Shown: positions 12,951 to 25,030 of the stretch, piece by piece
Position numbering within the stretch: position 1 is the first letter of the stretch
How the letters are laid out: the number at the start of each line of letters is the position of its first letter
NCBI RefSeq assembly: GCF_036321535.1
Contig: NC_087436.1
Location: 51,958,001 to 52,022,000, forward strand
DNA: 64,000 nt
Reading direction: 5' to 3'
DNA from: Camelus dromedarius
Taxonomy: Eukaryota
Made by a program: the position numbers and the translations under genes
Notes under the pieces: model-generated
What the model was told of the DNA's origin: nothing
Database searches by the model: none
Seen by the model: the letters and a program-made list of their open reading frames with translations, nothing else

Positions 12951-14949
12951 TTAAGCCAAGTAGAGGCTTAACTATTATCCTGGGGGTGGGGTGGTGAGTG
13001 GCAAGTGAGGAATTAGCAGGCTGGGGCAGTCTTCATTTGCAAGACAAACCATAGGGGAGGGGGAGCTATTGTGTTGAGAAGGAACAGAATCAGAGGGTAG
13101 GTTTTTCTTATTCTTTTTTCTTTTCTTTGGCCTGGGGAGACCTGAGAGTTTTTGTAGAGAAAAAAATCTGAAATGTTTGAGAACTATTCTCTTCATTGAT
13201 TTTTTTAAAAAAGGGAGTACTAGAGTGGGCAATGAGGCACTTTCAAGAAAATGGATGGAAGATTCACCTTGGCAAAGAGGAAGTGTGCTCAGAGAAAGGA
13301 GTGGAGAGGGAATCAGCAAAGGGATTTTCAGTTGGTGAGGATATTGGCTATGGAATCTTACAGCAGAGAGGCTCCATCCCCTTGGTAAAGTTTTTGAAGG
13401 CAGGATATAGCATTGCTAAAAGGTAACAATAAAAATGACAAAGGCTAATTTGGTAGTATTAGACATAATAAATGAATCTGGTGACTGCCCTTCTATAATT
13501 TTTATAGTAGTTTGCTCCCGGGCTGAGTAAATAATGTTTATGAACTTTGAGCAGCTACTATTTAGCAGGAAGTCCTATAAGCTGACTCAGTTAAAAGAAA
13601 CAAGTGCCAAGATTGGGTTCATGAACATAACACAAAAATCCAATCATGCTAATGCCCTTGGCTTTGGCCCCATAGCTGTTTATGGAAGATGTCTTAAACA
13701 CGCACACGTCTTGGACCTTTGGTTCGTAGGTATGTTACTTTATGTGTGACTAATACATTAAGCGTATTATCTCAGTGCATTAATATAAATGGGATTTGAA
13801 TCTTCTTTAGGTCTGTCTAGGTATGGAGGGGAGATAAAGTTGAAATTTTATTTTCTTTGGTTCATGAGTAGTCAGATGTGTTGCTCTGTGTTATTGATTC
13901 TGTCCCGCAGCTCTTCATGGTGATATTGGCATGCCTAGGGCACTGCTGTAGATGAAGATGGTTTCTGTGTTCAAGTAGATGCCAGCCGTGCGGTCCCATA
14001 GCATACGGAGTCAGAGTAAGAACCAGGGGTTCAGAATTCTCCCTGCCAAATGGCTGAAGTCTCCCCGCCAAATGGCTGAAGGCTCACTCGTCACTATGTA
14101 CCACCTGAAGAATGTAATCACTAAATGTGACAGTTTTGCCTTCTTTTTCTAAAATTTCTAAGATTAACCTTGCAGATATTTTTGCAGGAAAGGGGGAATG
14201 TCTCTTTCCTGTTTGCTGTAGTTGAATATAGACTAACTAAAGAGAATTTATAGATTGTTTTTCTTCTCCATATTGATTTAATCCAAGCCATTTAGTGTAT
14301 CCCTGAAAAGAGGAAATTATTTAAACTGAAAAAAAAAAACCAACCTTAAAAATCTTTGTACAACTCTGGTTACTCCTACAGTGTCTGCATTTTTCTCATG
14401 CAACTTGTCCCTCTTCAGTTGACAGTACTCGAGTTATTAGTTTCTAAGTGAAATTAAGGGCATTTCATCTCCTTTCCCACCTTTTCATTCTTTCTGCTGG
14501 TTTGTTTTTTTTTTTTTTGAGACTGAAATCTTCCTGCTCTTAGAAGGAGCCTCAATTATTTGTTTTCCTAGGGCATGCCCTGTGCTTTTCCATATCCCTG
14601 TTCCTGTGCCTTAGCTCATCTTGACTGTGCACTCACACCCCAGTTCTCAAGTTTTTGTTTTTTTCTTCAAAACACACTTCCATCTTCAGTAAATATGTCT
14701 ATTTATTGAATCAATTAATTACTTAATTAGAAATGGCACTAAGATTTTGAAAGATTAATTGGAATCTGATTTTAGATGTCATATGGATTTAACTGTTAGT
14801 TCAGTATTTAATGTAAAGGCAATTTGAGGCAGCTCAGTAGCTGTTGTATGCCATTTTGAAGTAGCCTTGCATGTTATTCTTTTGCTTAAAATCTTTCAGT
14901 TTCCCTTTTAAAGGACAGAGTCCAAGCTCTCTCTATTTCTGGGTCCCTG

Positions 14950-15305
14950 TTTGCTTTTCCAGCAGACTCACTGTTGCTTCAGTCTTTTGCACATGGGATT
15001 TCATCTGCCTAGAGCCCGCCTCCTTCCACCTCTTTGCTGGATTGCTAGATTAGATGTCACCTCCTTTAGAAACCATTCCTCAGATCCCTTTATACCTTCC
15101 TCCTCCAGTCTTAGCGGAGCGTGGGCTTCAAGTACTTCCTTATGCTTCTGCCCTCAAAGCAGACACTGTGCACAGTTTCTGTACTGTGATTGTTTGATTA
15201 CATGTCGTTCCCACTAGATGATGAACACCTGAAGCACAAGGGCATTGTAATCTCAAGTACATAATGCACTTCCTAGGTCCTGAATAGATATTGATTGATT
15301 GAATA
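14950..15305 (+). mobile_element. L2 3' end
   Basis: 'agatgtcacctcctttagaaaccattcct...cccactagatgatgaacacctgaag...tattgattgattgaat'. Confidence 0.65.
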
Positions 15306-17289
15306 TTCACATTTATGGAGATTCACACATATTATGTATTACACTGACTTCTGAAAACCTTTTGGTTTAACAGAGGTAGAATTTTATTCAACTTTTAAGT
15401 GCTGTTAACTTAGCCTATATTGAATGTGGATTCTGTGCAGTATGTGACTTATCCACTAATATTTCTTTTTCTAACAGGCAACTGGGTTCCATTTTATAGA
15501 GCCCTTGCACTCGGTATGTGGGTGTGGAAATTTACATGCATACATATTATCCATTCCTAGGTAACCGGTGAAGCCCCAGGGCAGAGGCAGATTGGTCAGA
15601 AGGTGTCTTCTGACCTCATATTGTAGCCTCATCAGTAGTGTGAAAAGGACAGCCAAGGGTGTAATATGGGGCATTGGGTGTCTTGTGTTCGACAGCATTT
15701 GACTTACTTAAGAAGGAAGAAAAGAGTTGGTTGGTCAGAATCTGTAGATAAGAGAAGACAACATCTGTAACAAATGATCGTTCAGCATTTGGTATCGGTT
15801 TCCTCCTTTCAGAATTCTTACCTTTCTTCTCTGAACATGTTTGTGTTTGGTACCAATTACCCCAAATTTAAAGGCCTTTCACTGGTTGGACTCAGGTTCA
15901 ATTGAAAGACTTCATGGTGGACTTACTCTTATTTCTAATCATATCCTCTCAAGAGTCTGTTCATGTTATTCCCAACCTTGACTTTTCTTTGAGATTTTTC
16001 TTTTGGTAATTCTTAGTTACAGGTTTTTAATTTTGTCCTTAAGCTATGGTTTGTATAGACTGAGCTAATAACACATGGTTTTAAAGGAGAGACATTAGTC
16101 ACTCAATTTATAATAGTTAAACTAATTTTTATAATATATTGGTAACTATCACATAGCCAGGACTATATCTGAATTTAATAACTTTATTGAAAACTCATAT
16201 TTACCTTATAATTGTATTTGCTTTTTAAAACACTTTTGATACTGCATATAAATCATAAAAGTCTAGGGATATATGTAACTGGTATTATTTTCTTCCTTTT
16301 AGTTATTAACGATTTTACATATGTGATAGTTTAAGGAGAGAAAGAACAGTATGGGGACTGATGAAAGAAAATACAGAGTTTTGGTGAAAAGTAGGGTGAG
16401 TGGGAAGAGGTAAGAAGCTTTAAAAAACAGTGTAGAATAATCAGTTTCTATTCTATCTAAGGTACTTGGTAAAAAAGTAGACTTGTTGAAGTGTAAAATA
16501 ATTCCACTTTCTCTTTGTACATATAACAGTAATTCACCCACAGGCAGAGGTAACATGTAAATTCTATGTTCCCTCCAGTGTGCTGTCACAAATACATTGG
16601 TAAAAATATAATTTTTTTTCCAGGTAGAACATGCAGATTTTATCACTGTAGAGATATTTGTGTCACTTTCCTTGATTTATTCACCTTGTTACATAATTAT
16701 TATATAATTAAGTCCTTCTCTATCCTATGAGCAAATGACCAATAAATTTTGTCAGATAGTTGCGTTTTATTCTTCTGGAGTCATGTTAAATGGATTATGT
16801 TTGGTTTGAGGCAATGTTTGTGTATCTGTTGCTAATCTTCTGTGATTGTAACCTCCTCTTACTTTTCATTCAGCTTCTGCCCCAGAATGTTGACAAAAAC
16901 AGGGAGAGAGCGTGAGTGAGCAAAACTCACTGTTTATATTTATGTGTGTATTTCCGAGTGATTCATGTTCAGTTATCCATTCCCTGAATCACCACCATTC
17001 ATCAAAAAAGAAAAAACAATTGTCTTCTTTTTGCCTGTGTTGTATATTTGTTAGACCATTCTTGGGGGTTCAGATCAAATTAGTTAGAAAAGCTCAAGAT
17101 GAAATACTTTGCTATCTTGAAGAAAGCAGACTCTTAAGTGTTTCTGTCCCTGGGTTGACAGATGTAGACTCTACAAGAAAACAAAAGTCAGTGGAATGCT
17201 TATGGAAAACAGTGGTCATATAAATTTTTTGTTCCTCTATTGAATTATCTTTCTTTTTATCATCTAGATCAAAGGTGGAACCTACCTCC

Positions 17290-17530
17290 CAGCTCAGAGA
17301 GAATTATTTGGCCTACAAAGAGATATAAATAGTTTGCCTGAATATTCAACATGCAGGATTTAGAAGTTTTCACATAAAATCTGACTTTTCATAGCCCCTT
17401 TCATTTAGTAAGGGCATTATTGTCAGAACTCAACCTTACCTCCTGTATCCCCTCTTCCCTCCATGTTCACATTCAGTTGCTCCGCCTGCCCCGCCCCGGC
17501 TCCTGTAGGTATTTGAGTTGGCTACTCTTC
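17290..17530 (-). mobile_element. MER102-like hAT-Charlie relic
   Basis: 'ggctcctgtaggtatttgagttggctactc' matches the reverse of the MER102 terminus; internal 'ttcacataaaatctgacttt'. Confidence 0.65.
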
Positions 17531-18809
17531 CTTAGGTGATTAAATGAGATGTTTCTTTAATGATTATTTTATGTGACAAACCATTGGGAGAATTTGTGGG
17601 TCTTTGGTCTGCTAGCTTGTGCAGCTGGGTATTTAGAATCTAGATTAACTCTGAAACTGAGGGACAAAGGTTGGAACAATAAAACTGAATTTTATGTGCA
17701 TTTGTACATTGTGCATTTTTCTGTATGTTAAATAGTAATTGCCTGCTGGTTGCCAAAAAGTAGTTCTTGAAGAAAGTTCAAAAAGAAATTTTTTTTCTCT
17801 CCTTCATAGCCCTCAGAAGTCATTTCAGTTTTTGTTTTAAAGATTAAAAAAACTCAATACCTATTGACATTAAAAACTCCAAAAATTCAAATGTAATTGT
17901 GAACTATAGTAACTTTCCAGTTACTAATCAAGTATTAGGTCTTTTAAAAAGAGAGAGAGAAACAGAAATAGTACTTCCTTTGCAGGAGCTTATTATATGG
18001 ACAAAAAGAAATGAAAAGAGATTTATGCTTTATTTGACTTATTTAATATAAATAAAATAGTTTATGTGAAGGTATATTACATTTTTCTGCCTGTTTCAAA
18101 GTCTGTACTTAAGGGAAAAATTGCTAATTACTAAGAGGATCTGTACGTTAAGATAATCGTGCGGACGGACAACGTTGAATGGAGCCTCTACCCAGCAATT
18201 GTTGTGTCATATCAATTAAAATATTCTCTTCAGCGTTTTCTGTGTCAACCCAACTGACCTCACTCAGTAATTTGGTAAAGTGAGAAGAGTGAGCAGATAC
18301 GCATAGCATCTCAATTTCTGTTCCACTTTTATGAAACCCTTGAATGGTACCTTAATGGACACAATATACAATAAAGCTGAAGTGGGTTAGATGATGGTGT
18401 GGTTAAATGGATTTTTCCCTGTTTGAACAAAGGAACTGACCATTTAATTAATGGGTCTTTGTCAGTCTGGAGAAGTGTTTGTAGTGCTGAGCAAGGGGCT
18501 CTGACCTTTATGTGTGTATATGGGGGGTGGGGTGGGGAATGTATTAGGATTTTGCAGTTAATCATGGCAAAAACAAAAAACAAAAAATAAAACCCAAAGT
18601 AGAAATGTTAAGTTAACAGTGGAAAATAAGAAGCCGGAATTTTAGAAAGCTCCCCTCCTTGAAGGTAAGAAACATATCTTATCAGTCTTTTTTAAAAAAA
18701 TTCTTGATGCCTATCATATTGCCCTCTATAAAGGAGGGGTTCAAAAACATTTGTTTGTTGTTTGAATCATTGAATGAGATGTAACATGTATGTTGGCATA
18801 ACAGAGATA

Positions 18810-18942
18810 AGAATGATGCTAATGCCTAGACCTTGCTCTTAGAAATTCTGATGTAATTGATCTGGGATGGGGTCCAGGCATTAGTCTGTTGTATAAGTTC
18901 CTCAGATAATTTGAATGTTCAGCCAGGGTTAAGGGCTACTAG
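18810..18942. mobile_element. MER5B-like hAT-Charlie relic
   Basis: 'agaaattctgatgtaattgatctgggatggggtccaggcat...ttcctcagataatttgaatgttcagccagggttaag'. Confidence 0.8.
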
Positions 18943-19489
18943 TTAAGTCATTTACCAAAGATTTTTTGAGATGGGTAGAAGATTGGGTATTCCCACATAC
19001 TGTGCCATAGCTATTGCTTAGTGATATATACTTGCCCCGGGATTTTGCATAATGAGATTGAGAGCTGAAGAAAATGAAAACATCCTAAGAACATGAGATA
19101 TAAGTCTCCAGCTTAAATGTATTTTCCCAGGTGCAAACATAGCATACACCCAGTGCGTGTGTGGCGCATCATTCGTGCATTGACTTCCTGTTTGCTGTGG
19201 ATTATGATGGCATGTTTTTAGCCCTCTGTCTCTCCAGTTTTTTGCTTTCCAGCACCCTCTCCTCCCTTCCGGGTCCTGTGAACCCGCACTGCCTAAGAGA
19301 GCATACCAGGGCCACTGGGTCAACCATGGGCATAGATCTTAATGCAAATTTTCTTCTCAGTGAAGTAGCTAGCCCACTAACTGTGGGAGTAAGGTGGTCA
19401 GGTGGATGGTTGTAGCCAACATCAGCCTGATTTGCATTTTTCTAATTACTCTTAGAAGGCATTATATATAGCTGAAAGTTATGGAGCAT

Positions 19490-19640
19490 GCTATGGTCCC
19501 GGGAAATGAAAACCATGAGAGTCAGGAGACCTGCATCATAGTCTCAGATGTTTAGGGACCACTTAACATGGTGACTTTCAGCAACTTCTTTATCTGCCTT
19601 TGCCTCATTTTCCTTTCTGTAAGATGAGGAGCTCGAATAA
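19490..19640 (+). mobile_element. MIR SINE
   Basis: 'gagtcaggagacctg...gtgactttcagcaact...gcctcattttcctttctgtaagatgagg'. Confidence 0.65.
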
Positions 19641-19774
19641 GGCAATCATTCTAGCCTTTAAAATACAACAAGCTACTTTTATTATTACATTAAGAAAATA
19701 TAAGAATCTATGTGTAGCTAAATACTGTTTTTGCATCGAAAAAAAAATCCAGCTAAGTATATCACTTTAGTGAG

Positions 19775-19900
19775 TCATGTTGGTAATGGGGGAGGCCATG
19801 CATGTGTGTGGACCAAGGGTAATGGGAAACCTCTGTACCTTCTCAATTTTGCTGTAACCTAAAACCGCTCTAAAAAAAATGAAATCTTAAAAAAAAAAAA
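19775..19900 (+). mobile_element. LINE-1 extreme 3' end (L1MC-like) with poly(A)
   Basis: 'gggggaggccatgcatgtgtg...tgggaaacctctgtaccttctcaattttgctgtaacctaaaaccgctctaaaaa' then A12. Confidence 0.85.
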
Positions 19901-20679
19901 CTCAACCGAAAAAATAGAAATTAATGACTTCAGTAATTTATATAATGTCATGTATACCCTTAATATGGGCGTATTTTAATTGGAATGTATCTTAGCATTA
20001 TGAATTAAATCTACCCCAGTCTAGAAATATTTTTATAATCTGATAAATATGAAGGCCCTGGGTGTATGTGTGTACTCTTATTACCGACTTCACTTAAAGT
20101 GCTTCTATAAAATACAGATAACATTGCCTTTCATTGCTTATTTGCAGAGTGGTTATTAGTTAGATGTAGCATGATTGGTGAATGCCTCCTTTTCTACTAA
20201 AAGAAAAAGAAAATTTAATATAAAAACTGTTCTGTTTAAAAAATCAGTCTATATTTTACCTTAGCTTATGGTCAACGTTTAACTCACTGAATAATTGTTA
20301 GAAAAATCCTAGATAATCATTTTTTGTTGTTACTATATAACGAGGTTAATAACCTCCCTGAATATTTCACACTTTAATCCTATAGGAAGCTATAAGTAGT
20401 TAGAGTAGATTAATTTAATTCTGGGGAGAATAAACATTACAGCTTGATTCTTTCTCTTCATAGCTTTTTTTTGTAGGGTTTAACAATACACATGCATAGT
20501 TGAAGTATTTTTAAAATGTGGTCTTTGGAAGAATGTATGAGAAAGCTCATGATGATTCTTTAATTAGTCTGGGAATTTGTAGAGCCTGTAGTTAATTGAA
20601 TATTTATAAACCAATATGCAAATTTCTGGCCGGTGCTTTTCAGTGGGATCAGCTGACACCTTTAAAGGCAGAAAATAAA

Positions 20680-20830
20680 ATTCTCAGACCTCAGCTTCCT
20701 TATCTCTAAACTGGAGATATTAATGGTACTCAACTCATATAGGTACTGATGAAAATTAGTTAAAACAACATATATATAAAGTGTCCAGTGAGAGACTGCT
20801 CTATAGCGCACACTCAGTAAAAGCTGGTGA
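20680..20830 (+). mobile_element. MIR SINE
   Basis: 'cctcagcttccttatctctaaactggagatattaatggtact...catatag...tatataaagtgtc'. Confidence 0.65.
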
Positions 20831-23800
20831 GAATGTTGTTCTCTTGCCTGTATGCTAAAACCTTCCGTTCCTTTGCTATTGGCTGATTCTTTCTCTCTGA
20901 AAGTGACACTTTTAGCTGTCTGTTTATTTTCTTTCTTTCTTTTAAGATCTCATATGTCCCTGGGACAGTGAAAGTAATTAAGTGGTTACTTTAATGGATC
21001 TTCCTTTCTAGCTCATTCTAGATAAGAATAATCAGAAAGTAGGTGACAGTGTTAATTAGAAACAGAAGTTAACATCTTTTCTGAGGATAATTTATCTGAT
21101 GACAGCAATTGAGACGTGATTCTAAGACTGTCAGAGGGCAGTTTATAGAATGATTACTTTAGATGAACAGAGAGAGGTTGTGGTTTCAGAGGAAGAAGCA
21201 GATAATTTGGGCTTACATTTTAGAGAGATACGGAAAGCTACAGTGTGTGGCTGCCGTTCATTCTTTAGTTAATAATTTGGCTGATCAGATTCATACCTAA
21301 TGGTTGAAATAGAACTTGCTTCTATTGATGAAAGTTCTAATATAAAAGATTATTTAGATGACATACCTGTCATTCTAGAAAGATTTGAGGTAGTCCCATA
21401 TGGACCACAATAGCACTAACAAAGTAAAAGATTTCCAGGGAAATCAGATATGCTATTAGAGGAATGGGTTTATTAGGTCATTTAAATTTTTATTAGACTT
21501 TGAATTCCCTCTTTTTTTCTTTTCAGATTATGAAGTGCTCTGTAAGACCAGAAAGGAAGCCAGCATATTAAGAAAGTTTTAATTTACTGCGTTTCTAATA
21601 CCACACACACGCACGCACACCTGCACACACCCCCTACACTTTCTTTGTCATCTCAGAATTATCTAAGGGGAAATTTAGAGACAGCATGAAATCCCATGAT
21701 GCTAAGATCTTTATTAGTGTAGCAGATTTGCACCTTTCTTGTCAGTATGATTTGCCCTGTCTTCAGGAGCCTGGGCAGCAGAAGATGAGTCACTACGAGA
21801 AAACAGCATCAGTAAAGCTGCCATTTTTACAATAATGCTTTTTGAACTGGCCGTCTAGCTAAAATTGGCTGAGGCTGAAAGCAGCAGTTTCTGCTTTGAA
21901 AGGAAAGAGTAATTGGTATTAAAATTGGTCAGGAAATTTCTTAAATGCTTTATGCCTTGACAGCTCTTAGCATTTTATTAGCATATATTTTGGAAACGGG
22001 TTGTGTGAATCACAGTATTTCAGAAGGACATGAGGCTAACAGAGTAGTAGGTTCTACAGGATGCACGCGTCTCAGAGAAGGAGCATATGACAGAGGATTC
22101 ACATACTTCAGTTTGTCTAGATGTACTGCCCTGATAAAAAGTCAGCATCTTTTAGGGTGGTATGGTTGGTTTTTTTAATCCAAGGAATCTAAAACACCTT
22201 TCAAAATTTATAAGTATTATGAACATGGTCTCAATGTAGCATTGGGAAGAAATCTGGCAACATAATGATGCGCTTTAGAATCCTAACCAGGTTACTTTTA
22301 TATCCTCTCAGATACACTCAGATGAGTTCATTTCTTAACTCAGATACATTTTTTTTTTCAGCTCTCATGAAAGAAAATTCTTACCTGGTGTAACAATCCT
22401 TTGGCTATAGGGACATGGTCTGCACTGTGGGGACAGGTCTATGGGAGGGGAGGGGGATTGAAGTTGCAGGGGTTTATTGACCTCCCTGGTGATCCTGGTC
22501 AGCGTGGTGTCCAGGCTTATTGTGGAGGTTTGTCACGCGAGTGATAGCCTACCTGTCAAGCGGAAGAGGAAGGAGGAGACCATGAAATGGGAAGGGAAAT
22601 GCTCAGCAGTAAGGTTCTTAACAGTTGGGTTCTGTTCTGACCCGTGTTCTGACTAGTTTTCAAAACTGAGTTTATCTCAAAGACACATGAGAGGAAACAG
22701 TTGGCATGTGCAGTGGTGGAGAGCCATGATACAGAAGAGGCGACAGTACTTGTAGCCTTGTGTTCCCCAGTGTAAAGAGAAGGAAGTGTTAAAAGAAATT
22801 TAAAAAATTTAAATATAAACCGAAGAAAACCTCTGGTTCCTGTTTTTGGCAGCGGGGGAAACCCAGAGCAGAGATTAAGAGGAGTAATCTGATCTCTGTG
22901 TGGGGTCAGCTGACAACTCAGACGCCAGGTCTTCTGACTCTGGGCTGCACGGTGCTCCCGTCAGCACTGCGAGGACCCGGCTGGCAGCCCTGATTGGGAG
23001 GGGTTTGTTGGGTTTTCATAATCAACACTATGCTTGTCTGGTTTCTTCTCAGAGACATTTAATTTCCCAGGGATTTAATTTCTTTCATGAAAGGCAACTT
23101 TCTTGACTTCATTGCCAAGCCAGAGAGAAGAGCTAAGCTCTCTCCTTTCCTAGTTTGTTGTTTTGTTTGCTTGTTTTTAATCAAAGGAAAGCCCACTGTG
23201 ATGTTTTGGGGAGAGGGATAAGAGGAGACCTGGAAATGAGTAGGTGACAGAGGGATGGTCTGGCCCAACAGCAGGCGAATAAGACAGAGACAAAGTTCCA
23301 GGGAAGGTCCCCAAGGAGAGAGATACTTACGGTGGTGTGTCAGAATCGCAGCTTTCCCATCAAAGCAGGGGAATTTAGATGGTGTCTGCTGTTTCCACCT
23401 GGAAAGTCAGCGTCTGAAACATTGATAGATTTGAGGGAACATGCAGAGTACCTTCTCATCCAAAAGGAAGACTTACCTGTGGGCAGTGCTCAGCCCTGTG
23501 ACACACTTTTCGGTTTCTTTTGCTTGCTGGGGGTTCGCTGTTTCATCGGAAAATTTGGGCAAGTCGCCCATGGAGGTGTAGACTATGGTTCCTTCAGTTC
23601 AGTGAGAATCCATTTGTATAATTCCTTAAGTATCTTCTACAATATCCACTTTCTTTAAAGTTTTGTGAAATTTTCCATAGCTACTATATTCTACCATGTT
23701 TTTTTCCTATCAGTGAATGTGTGAGAATTTAGTATTTCTACTTCTGATTTAATGTTCTTGATCAAAGTTGGGGTTTTGCTTTTCTAGTTGATTTTTGTAT

Positions 23801-24729
23801 TGTTTTGAATGCTTCACTACTAAAGAATTATTTGTTCATTTATATATTCATTTGTTCTTACAGTAAATATGTATTGAATACCGATTGCCCGTAGGCAATT
23901 TTTAAGCTTCCCTGACTTTTGATAAGTAGGCCATAACATTAATAAATTTGTTTTGAACACTGTTTTGTTTACATAATTTTAAGAAGAATTATTGTTATTT
24001 TGGGTAACAATGATAATACATTCTGCATTTTCAAGATAGAAGATAGAGAAGAAAAATTGAAAATGTTCCTGGATACATTCTAAATACAAATAATGCATAA
24101 TCAGTAATTCATGTTCTTAGACCAAAAATAAACTAATGAAAAGTATGATTAAGCATGAATCCTTTTACACAGCCACTAATACTGTCTATCAGAATTATGT
24201 AATGTTCTGGATATTTCATGGATAAAGTGGTACATTATAACAAAAATAGGTAGTATTTTATAGATCGTGCTGCATCCCAGACACCGTTCTGTGTATTTGA
24301 CATTATTGATTCATTTAATTATTAGAACAACCCAATGTGATAAATACAGTTTATATATTAAAACACTATTCCCTGATTTGCACACTATGGGTGAAGTAAC
24401 ACAGCCCACAAGGAATAACTGTGGGCTTCACAGTAAACTTATAACAGATTCTAAATGTCAAATAAAATGGCTGATGATCTTCAGATTTAGACACTAAACC
24501 TGGAGCAGTGACCAGATGTCTTCGATGTGCAGTTGGAGACATCTGTCTCTCCAGCTTGGGGTGAAGGTAGTCAGCCAACCTGTTTCTGTAGTGTGCTTCC
24601 CTTTGGAACATTAATATATCCTCTCTCTATTACGCAGCCTGCCCCCTACCCCTTGCATTTATAAAGGCATAAGAAAGAAGACAACAAACTAAAAGAATCA
24701 GGAATAAATAATAACATGAAAGTTTTTTT

Positions 24730-25030
24730 TAGAACTCTTTGTAAAGATGTGGAAACTGAGTCTCAGAAAAAGTAAGTGACCTCTGTGGAAGGGTACAAAG
24801 GGTACACAGCCGGGCTAGGATGGGTTCTGTAATCACAAGTATTTAGATTCAGATCTTACCCCTTTCCACTTGAGTGGCCCTGGAAAAATTAATCTTTTAC
24901 AGCTTCTGTTTCTTCATGTGTGAAAAACATAGCAACGATAAAATTTATAGCATTAATGAGAATACTCATTAATTAATACAATACTTGGAAGTATCTGGTT
25001 CAGCACTTTATTTCGTAGTAGACAAGTGAT
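24730..25030. mobile_element. Adjacent MIR fragments in opposite orientations
   Basis: 'tttgtaaagatgtggaaactgagtctcagaaaaagtaagtgac' followed by 'cttctgtttcttcatgtgtgaaaa'. Confidence 0.6.

Noticed and set aside
13911..14015. 105-nt candidate exon (cccgcAG ... AGA|GTAAGA)
   Set aside because: Stops in all three frames, and the donor lies in MIR-like sequence; could only be non-coding or poison, with no further support.
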